DNA of 63,314 nucleotides, the filler included, from Octopus bimaculoides (taxonomy: Eukaryota): assembly GCF_001194135.2 (NCBI RefSeq). It is 3 parts of 3 records of this genome, joined end to end, with 100 filler letters (N's around TTAATTAATTAA, not from the genome) between each part and the next. Parts side by side here need not be neighbours in the genome. Positions count along the whole stretch, not along the records: positions 27,726 to 56,127 come from NC_068990.1; positions 56,228 to 63,314 come from NC_068996.1; 1 more part is not named here. One strand, given 5' to 3'. Position numbers and translations under genes: made by a program. Below the pieces are notes generated by a model. That model was given only the letters and a program-made list of their open reading frames with translations, made no database searches and had not been told where the DNA came from. This document shows positions 54,190 to 63,314 of the stretch, one piece after another; position 1 is the stretch's first letter; each line of letters starts with the position of its first letter.

Positions 54190-55519
54190 ACAGACACACA
54201 TACATAGACACACGCACACGTATGCACACACGCGCACAGACATAAACACACACATACATGTATACACACACATATATTCTTTTACTGGCATCTCTTTATC
54301 GTTTCAGTCATTAGGCTGCATCCAAAGAAAACCTATAAAGCAAATAACGCATATGTCTTAATATTGCTGTTTACCCCTAATTGAGTTCAACCATGATTAA
54401 GAAGACACATGATCAAAGACGTTCCAGCTGGGACCATCCCATTTATTCCACATGTGCAACAAAATCACTCCCTAATTAACGGCGACCCTCTTTAAAAATG
54501 CAGAGGCGTGATTTTAGACAGTCACGGCTGCTCTTTCTAGTAGAACGTCCGCTTTTGTAGATGTTCACTTGTTACATTAGTACAGTGGATCTTTTCCTGC
54601 AAACATCCCGAAGTATATTAAATAAAAAGAACTATTTTCAGTTCAAACATATTAATACACAATTTTACCATTAGGAAATCAATTGCAGGAAGAAATATAA
54701 AAAGACAAATATAAAGAATGAAAATTGTTACATATATTAGAAATAATTGCTTTGATTAATAGGCAAGAAAAAGAAAATGCATTTATAATATTTGCACAAG
54801 CTGTAATCTTGCAAGTTGTAACACGTTCTAATCAACTAATAAACTAAACTAAGCACAGAAATTTCTAGTGCACTCAGCCAGTCACCAAGTGACAAAGTAT
54901 TGGGCATCACTTTGACCCGTCACGCTGTTTACGTGTTAGCATCATATATTTACTGCACTGTATGATCCCTGTGGCATTTTAGCTTTATTTATGTTAAAAA
55001 GTTACTTAAGCATACTCGGTTTGTTCTTTCGAAACATATAACATCATATTTTTCTAATTGCTATTGTCTTTGTAATGTTGCTATTTGTTTATGTTCCCCT
55101 TATTTTTGTCTATTTTTTTTTCATTCTCTTGGTACTTTTTTAATACATGCGAATAACATGAACACCTTAAAAAAAGTTGTGATAATGTGAAATACTGTAT
55201 TTCGCACAATCAGTCATACATTTAGACTCGCACATACGAATACAACCTAACAGACACACATACATTATATATATATATGTATATATATATGTATATATAT
55301 ATATATANNNNNNNNNNNNNNNNNNNNNNNNNNNNNNNNNNNNNNNNNNNNNNNNNNNNNNNNNNNNNNNNNNNNNNNNNNNNNNNNNNNNNNNNNNNNN
55401 NNNNNNNNNNNNNNNNNNNNNNNNNNNNNNNNNNNNNNNNNNNNNNNNNNNNNNNNNNNNNNNNNNNNNTACACACATATAGTAAAAAGGGTGTAACTCC
55501 TTGTTTTTAAAGGTAGAAA

Positions 55520-56127
55520 CTTCGAGTTTACGTGAAATATTTTGTATAATATATATAAAAAATAAATGGAATTAAAAACGCAGGTGTTATTCAAATTCTT
55601 TTACTTCCGACACATGTTTCGAAGATATCACTGGTATTATTCCAAAGGAATAAAATGGTGTAAAACAATGTAATCTTCTCTTCATGGAAATGAAGAAATG
55701 AAACTCGTCAATAAGACATTTTAGCAGAAAATGATGGATATGTTGAGTGATTAACTGAACGCCATTAAGTTTGTTTAAAAAAACGTTGTGGATATAACGT
55801 CAAAGGTAGCCTATAGAAAGAGGAGGGGTAAAGGAAAGAAAACACCAAATAAATGAGAAGTATATAACAATATGTATATTAAATAAAACCATCGAAAAAG
55901 ATATAGTGAGTGTGAAATGTAAGAAGAAAATTAATGTTTAAATTATATATAATGATAGATATCACTTATATGGAGTCGCCAGAAGGCTCAGAGAATGGTA
56001 CGTTGGAGGGGTGGTAGGCGAGGAGAAACAGGAGACGGACAACGGCGGGGTGGGTGCCAGAAGAGATAGTAGATGCACGGCCCACGGGACGTGCCCTGGC
56101 AAGGGTTGTGTGGTAGGTAGTGACAGG
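55520..56127 (-). mobile_element. Second Penelope-like remnant (RT C-terminal fragment + non-coding repeat with hammerhead)
   Basis: LARARPVGRASTI...VVRLLFLLAYHPSNVP resembles the Penelope post-RT P+VLTYHP motif; a hammerhead lies downstream on the same strand. Confidence 0.55.
55603..55691 (-). ncRNA. Minimal type-I hammerhead ribozyme motif, family 2 (C3 appears as A)
   Basis: ATTTCC-aTGAAGA-GAAGAT-(46 nt)-ATCTTC-GAAACA-TG-TGTC-GGAAGT: 6-bp stem I, 6-bp stem II, GUC triplet, self-complementary ACATGTGT stem III. Confidence 0.7.
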
Positions 56128-56565
56128 NNNNNNNNNNNNNNNNNNNNNNNNNNNNNNNNNNNNNNNNNNNNTTAATTAATTAANNNNNNNNNNNNNNNNN
56201 NNNNNNNNNNNNNNNNNNNNNNNNNNNCTGTGGTAGGTTATACAAAGGCGAAACATGTCACCCCCCCTCAAAATAAGGGTAGACGAACATCGCAAAGCTG
56301 TGACACGGGAGATATTGATAAATCGGGTATAGCTGATCATGTATGGAAAAATGGAGACCACCTCCCCCTGTGGGATGAAGTTAAAATAATAGACAGAGAA
56401 CACCACTGGAAAATACGAAGACTAAAAGAAGCAACACATGCTAGGACAAAACAACCTCCTAAGCAGACCGAGTGCAGATATGAGCAGCATATAGGAACCA
56501 GTATTAAGGAAGGATAGGAAAATATTAGATTTATAAGCCCTAAAATTCACTCCATAATCGCCCAC

Positions 56566-56628
56566 GGGCATATGGCGTAGTGGTTAAGAGCCTGGGCTAC
56601 TAACCCCAAGATTCCAAGCAGTGGCCTG
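56566..56628 (+). other. tRNA-derived head inside the Penelope terminal repeat
   Basis: A-box tggcgtagtgg, D-loop gtggttaag, anticodon arm ggg-ctactaa-ccc; no B-box or acceptor stem in this copy. Confidence 0.65.
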
Positions 56629-56677
56629 AATAATAATAATAATAATAACAACAACAACAACATCGAAATTTCCCCAA

Positions 56678-56722
56678 GACACCTGATGAAGGTTGGAGGG
56701 TATATCAGCCGAAAGTTGTGTT
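56678..56722 (+). ncRNA. Minimal type-I hammerhead ribozyme motif, family 1 (C15.2 missing)
   Basis: GACAC-CTGATGA-A-GGTTG-gagggtatat-CAGCC-GAAA-GTT-GTGTT; core intact, stem III one C shorter than in copy 1. Confidence 0.7.
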
Positions 56723-56805
56723 AACAACAAACAAGATGAAGACAAATATCCGTCAAATGTAAATAATATATATATATATGTAATATATATATATATATAT
56801 ATATA

Positions 56806-58740
56806 CAGTAGTCCCTCGGTATTCGCGGGGGTTACGCGTATATTGGACGTGGCCCATAAAAATATAACGTTATATATAATAATTTAATAAAAAGTAAAGT
56901 AAAATGTACAGTTATCCACCAATAATGATATTGATTTAAGACGAAGATGATGAAAATAATGAATGTAATGACTGCCCAGCAAAGGTGACTCCTCTTCTTC
57001 AGGTGTTTTAGGGGATGTCGTATCTTCCTGCAAAGCTTCCTTGGTGGGCTTGAGGAGCGTTGTTGTTTCTTCATGGTGCTGAGGAGAGTTTTGTATGTAC
57101 ACATGGCAACATCGATGGTATTTTTAAATTGCAGACTTTTTAAATTGCAGATTTAATTAACTGCAACAAATCTACGTCTGTCAAGGTTTCAGAGTGGGCA
57201 TCGATGAGATTGTTAACCTCATATTGCATGGTGTCGTCAAGACCTTTGCCTCCAAGTACCTTTGCCAGTTTCTCTGCTTTGTTGAGACAACCTCGTTCTG
57301 AATATCTTCAGGTGAGAAGTCCTCGTAGTCCTGGACAGACTCTGGCCACACCTTCCAGCCTGTGATGTGGGTTTCTTTTTTCATGTTCTTTAAGAACAAC
57401 GAGAATGACCGATTGGCACGTTGCGATCACGCCAGTACTCCTTTAACTGGAAATTCTCGTCCGAATCCATTGCGTCCACAAGGTGTTATAGGGAGATCTG
57501 AGTGTAAAGTACCTTGAAGGCACGGATCATGCCTTGATCCATAGGCTGGCTGAGGGAGGTGTTAGCAAGGGCGAACTCGACTTAAACTCCCTCGTGATTC
57601 AAATCCCAAAAGTGACCACCATGATTATCCAAACAAGCAATACCTTGAATTCCGTGCATAGGTTTTGGAGGTATTCCTTGACTTGAGGGATGAAGCATTG
57701 GTGGAACCAATTCAAAGTTAGACTTTTAGAAATCTAGGCCTTGGGGTTGTGCATCCAGCAGGTTTTTATTCTTATTTTTGAAGGCCTTCGGGTTTGTGGA
57801 CTTGCCACACATAATTAGCGTCACTCAGTCCTTCGGTGCTTTAAATCCTGGGGCTCTGGCTTCGTCCTTCATGATGTACATTCTGGAAGGCGTCTTCCAG
57901 AACAAGCCAGTCTCATCCATATTGAAAACCTGTTCCAGCTTCTATCCCTTGTCCTTGATGATCTGCCTGAAGGTCTCAAGGTATTTCTTGGCGGTTTTTT
58001 GTCGACTGATGCTGTCTCTCCATGCAAGGAAACACACTTTATTTTAAACCGTTTCTGGAAACAGTCAAACCATCCCTTGCTGGCTTGAAAATCTTCGGGC
58101 TCCGGTGCTGTCAATGGTCTTGGTTGCGGTTCTTCGATGCCTTCTGCTCCGTCTCCTCTGTCCAACTGCTGGTATGATTTCATCGCTTTCTCGCGGATAA
58201 TGTTACCACTCAAAGGAATGTTTTTCTTCTTGCAGTTACTGATCCACACTGCCAAGGTAGATTCCATCCTGACCAAGTGCTTATTTCTCATTGTCGTTAT
58301 CCTTTTGGCACTTTCACAGGTACTTATTGCTACGTCAGACATGATCGCTATCTCGTTCTTTATGTAGCGTATAGTGCTTTCGTTGACACCATAACAGCGA
58401 CCTTCTGCAGCATAACTTTTACTTTCCTGGAGCATATCTAGCAGTTGTACTTTCTCGTGGAATGTCATAACATTTTTTCCTGCGCTTAAGTTCGCTGCTA
58501 GAAGCCTTAGCTGTAAGACGTTTGGGTGGCATCTTAGGGTTTTGATAACATGCTGCGATGTTGCGAAAAACACAAGACTCAACAAAACAATCGGGATAGC
58601 TACTGGATGCAGTTTTCCCCCGAAAATCATAAAAAAACTTCCTTGCATCTAATATGCGCATGCCACCAATGGGAGAAGAGCAAGCATTAAAAATAATCAT
58701 GGTTTTGAAATAATTAGTTTGTATTACCACTGGATACGGT
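56806..58740 (-). mobile_element. Tigger/pogo DNA transposon with pseudogenised transposase (about 56970-58532)
   Basis: TA + TIR cagtagtccctcggtattcgcgggggttacg at 56806; MPPKR start, EKVQLLDML...YGVNESTIRYI (CENP-B_N HTH), IREKA...FQASKGWFDCFQKRF (Tc5 HTH), VFNMDETGLFWK (DDE_1); many frameshifts; second TIR not found. Confidence 0.9.
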
Positions 58741-58744
58741 AATC

Positions 58745-58782
<38 letters not shown>

Positions 58783-60011
58783 ATTTCTTTTATTAGCCAC
58801 ACAGGGCTCAACATAGAGCGGACAAAATACAAATTAAGAGTTTTTCTTTTCGAGAGGGGCGAAAACAAAGTAATAAAAAAAAAAATGGGGACAACGATGG
58901 AAAAAGAACATCGCAAAACGTTTGGGGTATTTACAAAAAATATGAAATAATACAGAAAATTCCCAATAAATGGGGAGGTTATCCGTGGAAAGAAAAACCT
59001 ACGAAAAGACCACGGTAACCTCGGTCCTTAGTGTCACAGTTTGTTAAATAAAATTTCTTTTATTTATGCAAGAAACGTAAGTAACTCTCTGTTTACAAAA
59101 TTTTAAAACATTTTATAGAATCATGGTCAAGGNNNNNNNNNNNNNNNNNNNNNNNNNNNNNNNNNNNNNNNNNNNNNNNNNNNNNNNNNNNNNNNNNNNN
59201 NNNNNNNNNNNNNNNNNNNNNNNNNNNNNNNNNNNNNNNNNNNNNNNNNNNNNNNNNNNNNNNNNNNNNNNNNNNNNNNNNNNNNNNNNNNNNNNNNNNN
59301 NNNNNNNNNNNNNNNNNNNNNNNNNNNNNNNNNNNNNNNNNNNNNNNNNNNNNNNNNNNNNNNNNNNNNNNNNNNNNNNNNNNNNNNNNNNNNNNNNNNN
59401 NNNNNNNNNNNNNNNNNNNNNNNNNNNNNNNNNNNNNNNNNNNNNNNNNNNNNNNNNNNNNNNNNNNNNNNNNNNNNNNNNNNNNNNNNNNNNNNNNNNN
59501 NNNNNNNNNNNNNNNNNNNNNNNNNNNNNNNNNNNNNNNNNNNNNNNNNNNNNNNNNNNNNNNNNNNNNNNNNNNNNNNNNNNNNNNNNNNNNNNNNNNN
59601 NNNNNNNNNNNNNNNNNNNNNNNNNNNNNNNNNNNNNNNNNNNNNNNNNNNNNNNNNNNNNNNNNNNNNNNNNNNNNNNNNNNNNNNNNNNNNNNNNNNN
59701 NNNNNNNNNNNNNNNNNNNNNNNNNNNNNNNNNNNNNNNNNNNNNNNNNNNNNNNNNNNNNNNNNNNNNNNNNNNNNNNNNNNNNNNNNNNNNNNNNNNN
59801 NNNNNNNNNNNNNNNNNNNNNNNNNNNNNNNNNNNNNNNNNNNNNNNNNNNNNNNNNNNNNNNNNNNNNNNNNNNNNNNNNNNNNNNNNNNNNNNNNNNN
59901 NNNNNNNNNNNNNNNNNNNNNNNNNNNNNNNNNNNNNNNNNNNNNNNNNNNNNNNNNNNNNNNNNNNNNNNNNNNNNNNNNNNNNNNNNNNNNNNNNNNN
60001 NNNNNNNNNNN

Positions 60012-61187
60012 GGCTTGCTTCTCCAGGTACCAAGCCGCAAGCCCACCGACTTATCCCGGTTGATTTTCACCTCCGTCACCGCTTCGTAGTCTTTCAGCGT
60101 CTCGCCGACAAGCTCGATGTGCTCGTGGCTAGACGCTATGACGGTGACGTCGTCCGCATATGCTGACACGCTCGTCCCGCACACCAACTCTCGCGGGATG
60201 CCCCTCAGCGTCGCCAGCTTCCGCAGTAGTGGCTCGAGAGTCAATACGTACAGAAGCGGCGACAGGGGGCATCCCTGTCGGACCGAACGTGCAATGTAGA
60301 AAGGTCTCGATAGACGCCCATTGACGCGAACTACCGAACGGATGCCTGTGTACAAGGCAGCCATCCAGCCGCGGAAAACGGGTCCGAAACCGGCCGCTAC
60401 GAGGACGGCCTCCAAGTATTGGTGGTCTACCCTATCGAAAGCTTTCGACTGATCCAAATTGATCAGGGCCTCACCCATGCCAGGTTCCTTAACTACCCGC
60501 TCTATGATGTAGCACATCAGATGGAGGTTGTCATGGATACTCCGTCCCGGAACGGCGCATGTTTGCGCCTTGCCCACCAGTTTCTCGATGACAAGCGCTT
60601 ACCGCTTGGCTAACACCTTGGCCAAAATGTTCAAGTCTGCATTGAGCAGAATGATGGGCCTAAAGTTATCTATGGCGTCCCCCTTGTTTGGATCTTTCTT
60701 CAGCAGCGTTACCGCTCCTCGGTAACGCTCCCGTTCTGCTGCCAGTTGCAGTACACGGCCGCTAAGACGTCTCCAAACAAGTCTGGCATGCAATTGTAAA
60801 GCTCGTAGGGCAGACCATCCAAACCCGGAGATTTGTCCGTCGAGCAACCCGCCATCGCGTCCCTCACTTTCTTCGCCGTGATGGCCCCTTCGCAGCACTC
60901 CGCCTCTCTTGCCGAGAGTCGTGGCAGGATGTGCAGATAGGCACTGAAGTTCACCCTGCGTTCTCGCTCGCCACTCCTCCCGAACAGTCGGGCAAAATGC
61001 TGCTGAAATGCCTCGCATATCTTACTCGGCTCGAGCAATTCGCGCCCCTGTTCGTCTACCAGAGACCGGATGGTAGCTCTGTTACCCCGCTGCACCTCCG
61101 CCACCCGGGCCTCTCTCGCGGCTCCAGCACCTTCGTTCCTTAGAGCACGCATCCTTGCTCTGACAGCACACCCTTCGTGTTTAGCAT
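60012..61187 (-). pseudogene. LINE ORF2 reverse transcriptase, disrupted
   Basis: KSPGLDG, FRPIILLNAD, INLDQSKAFDRVDH, VRQGCPLSPLLYVL and AYADDVTV motifs; frameshift near 60730 and in-frame TAA at 60599-60601; continues into the gap. Confidence 0.95.
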
Positions 61188-61223
61188 TGTGCTTTAAAGC
61201 ACAAAAGGAAAGGAAAAAGAGAG

Positions 61224-63002
61224 CTACTTACTGTTTGCAAGTTTTGTCTCCTCCTTGGGTTTTTCACCAAGGAGGCTATTATACAATTTTTTACATAAAT
61301 ATTTTTGGCATCCCCCTACCGCATTAGGGTAGAGGGATTTTATTTTGTGGCGCAATGCTGGTGTAATGTGGTATATCTTCATGTGTTTTGGCGGTGTTGT
61401 AAGTGGGTGATTGTTTGTTTTAATGTCAGTGTTTATAATGTTTGTTTTTGAGTTTATGTATTTCATCAACTCTGTGTTGGTAGTGTTTATCGCTGTGAGC
61501 ATTGTTTTTTGCATTTGTTTTTGTGGTGTTTGCGGTATGTTTGGAGATGATGGTGGTGGTTTCGGGAGATGTATATCTCCCTGCTTTGTTTGTGTTTGTG
61601 TTTGCTTTCGCCCTTTTCTTGCTCCGTTTCCTCTTTCCATTTGTAGCTATTTTCCACTCCTCGCCACTCTCTTCCTCTGACGAGAGTTCTGAGGAGTCGG
61701 AAAGAGGTAACGGCATGTCGTGTGCTTGAGTGTTTGTTGAAGTGGGTGTGATGTTGATGGTTGTTGTTTGTCTGCTTGTGGTGTATGTGATGTGCGAGAA
61801 GGGGTATCAGTTCTGGTATTGTCTTTTGCATGTATTGTTTCTTTAGGTCTTGTTGTTGGTGTAGGTGGGTTTGCTTTGTGGTTTTCTTCNNNNNNNNNNN
61901 NNNNNNNNNNNNNNNNNNNNNNNNNNNNNNNNNNNNNNNNNNNNNNNNNNNNNNNNNNNNNNNNNNNNNNNNNNNNNNNNNNNNNNNNNNNNNNNNNNNN
62001 NNNNNNNNNNNNNNNNNNNNNNNNNNNNNNNNNNNNNNNNNNNNNNNNNNNNNNNNNNNNNNNNNNNNNNNNNNNNNNNNNNNNNNNNNNNNNNNNNNNN
62101 NNNNNNNNNNNNNNNNNNNNNNNNNNNNNNNNNNNNNNNNNNNNNNNNNNNNNNNNNNNNNNNNNNNNNNNNNNNNNNNNNNNNNNNNNNNNNNNNNNNN
62201 NNNNNNNNNNNNNNNNNNNNNNNNNNNNNNNNNNNNNNNNNNNNNNNNNNNNNNNNNNNNNNNNNNNNNNNNNNNNNNNNNNNNNNNNNNNNNNACCCTT
62301 TGACCAAGGTACGTGGGGACCAATAATATCTCTTCGGAGCGAAGTGTCAACGTGGACAACTCCTTTGCTTTCTCTTCGCTTGCGAACCTAACTTGGATGT
62401 GAGCGAACTTGCTCTACCAGTTTATATATGTTTTGTGGGCCCATATGGGACGCAGGCATTTTTCAATTTTCTCCGTTGCTGGCTGCTCCGGTTTCCTTGT
62501 TTTTACATTTAATATTTTATATATAATGTTTTTTTTTTATTTATATCGTTCATTAAATTTTCTGGGATTTTTAATTTTAAATGTTGTCCTTCTTCACATA
62601 AAAGAGATTTAGTTGCTTGTATATCCTGTGTTGTGAAATGCAATATGTTTTTTTTTCTGTTTCAATGTATCGGCAAATTTGGTTGTCTTTGTTGTTGTTG
62701 TCAATGGTATTAGAAGGTGTTGAGAAAACTTTAGTAGTATTCTCGGTTTGCTTCGAAACCTGTTTGTCGTTGTTGTTGTTGTTGTTGTCACTGGTGTTTC
62801 TCTTCATATTGGTGGTGGTGTTAGTAGATGGAGAGACTGCTTTAGTAGCAGTCACCTCCGATCCTGATTTACACATAGTTTTCATGGTGGTGGTGAGAGG
62901 GCTGTTAGTAGCTGTAATCGCTGTCTTTGTGACGTTTACAGCAACTGCCTTCTTGTCATTGTGTGAGCACGCACTACTATGTTCTTTTTTTCCCGCTGGC
63001 AT
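61224..63002 (-). pseudogene. Degenerate LINE ORF1
   Basis: MPAGKK start, Thr/Asn-rich region, VRFASEEKAKELSTLTLRSEEILLVPTYLGQR (RRM-like, as in Tx1 ORF1), acidic/basic C-terminal region; several stops and frameshifts; middle lies in a gap. Confidence 0.6.
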
Positions 63003-63314
63003 CTGAAGCCTCGGGAAATGCTCGTCAAAAGAACAAGACAAGCGTTCCAAAATTGTGTTTCTCGACATTTGAAAAATGTCGAGAAGGAAATTTTTTGTAT
63101 TTTGCGAGGGCCGAAACAGCCCCTGGGGGCCAATTCCTCCCTTTGAAAATACACAGAAATGAAGCCTAGGTGCTTTGCAACAAAAATATTTAAAAATTTC
63201 AACAAAATGTGGGCTATAAATGGTAAAAAAAAAACGATTACCTTCGGAGCCGATGCGACAACACGTCAGTCGATAGATAGATAATAATAATAATAATATA
63301 GAGAAGAGTTCTTT

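Larger units (their letters stand above)
56228..56770 (+). mobile_element. Penelope-like element 3' part: GIY-YIG C-terminal half, ORF end, terminal repeat
   Basis: GDIDKSGIADHVWKNGDHLPLWDEVKIIDREHHWKIRRLKEA matches Penelope S.+A+H....H...W....++..E.....R..KEA; frameshifted ORF ends at TAA 56534-56536. Confidence 0.85.
58781..63271 (-). mobile_element. Tx1/L1-clade LINE: 5' UTR, ORF1, ORF2 lacking the endonuclease, 3' UTR with AATAAA and (TAT)n tail
   Basis: Collinear ORF1-like and RT segments on one strand; 3' end shared with 21436-21484; (AAT)n on both flanks; the 5' boundary is inferred. Confidence 0.75.

Noticed and set aside
54-55594. Many long ORFs of HT/YI/CV/RE/LS/poly-residue type, and ORFs spanning X runs
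   Set aside because: They are translations of microsatellites and N gaps.
61188-61227. GTAAGT...AG mini-intron in the LINE inter-ORF spacer
   Set aside because: Only 40 nt, and removing it gives an immediate stop rather than an ORF1-RT fusion.

Overview
AT-rich, gapped draft-assembly sequence from a large animal genome. The SINE repertoire and microsatellite load point to an octopod cephalopod (inference). No intact protein-coding gene, true tRNA/rRNA gene or CRISPR array is supported; nearly all long ORFs in the track are microsatellite or N-gap artefacts. The window holds at least four tRNA-headed SINE families, two copies of a fully palindromic MITE, a Tigger-type MITE, and decayed fragments of RTE, R4/Dong, Tx1/L1, Penelope, Tigger/pogo, hAT and Tc1/mariner elements. 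A nested island at 55.5-63.3 kb reads Penelope, Tigger, Tx1. The most interesting signals are three minimal type-I hammerhead ribozyme motifs of two families in Penelope terminal repeats. One family sits behind a tRNA-like head and an (AAT)n linker directly after the GIY-YIG ORF. Also notable: a Tx1-like LINE lacking its endonuclease at an 18-bp palindrome, a short internally deleted copy of that LINE, and a tentative chain of short minus-strand exons. All protein-family calls are from motif recognition by eye, not database searches.
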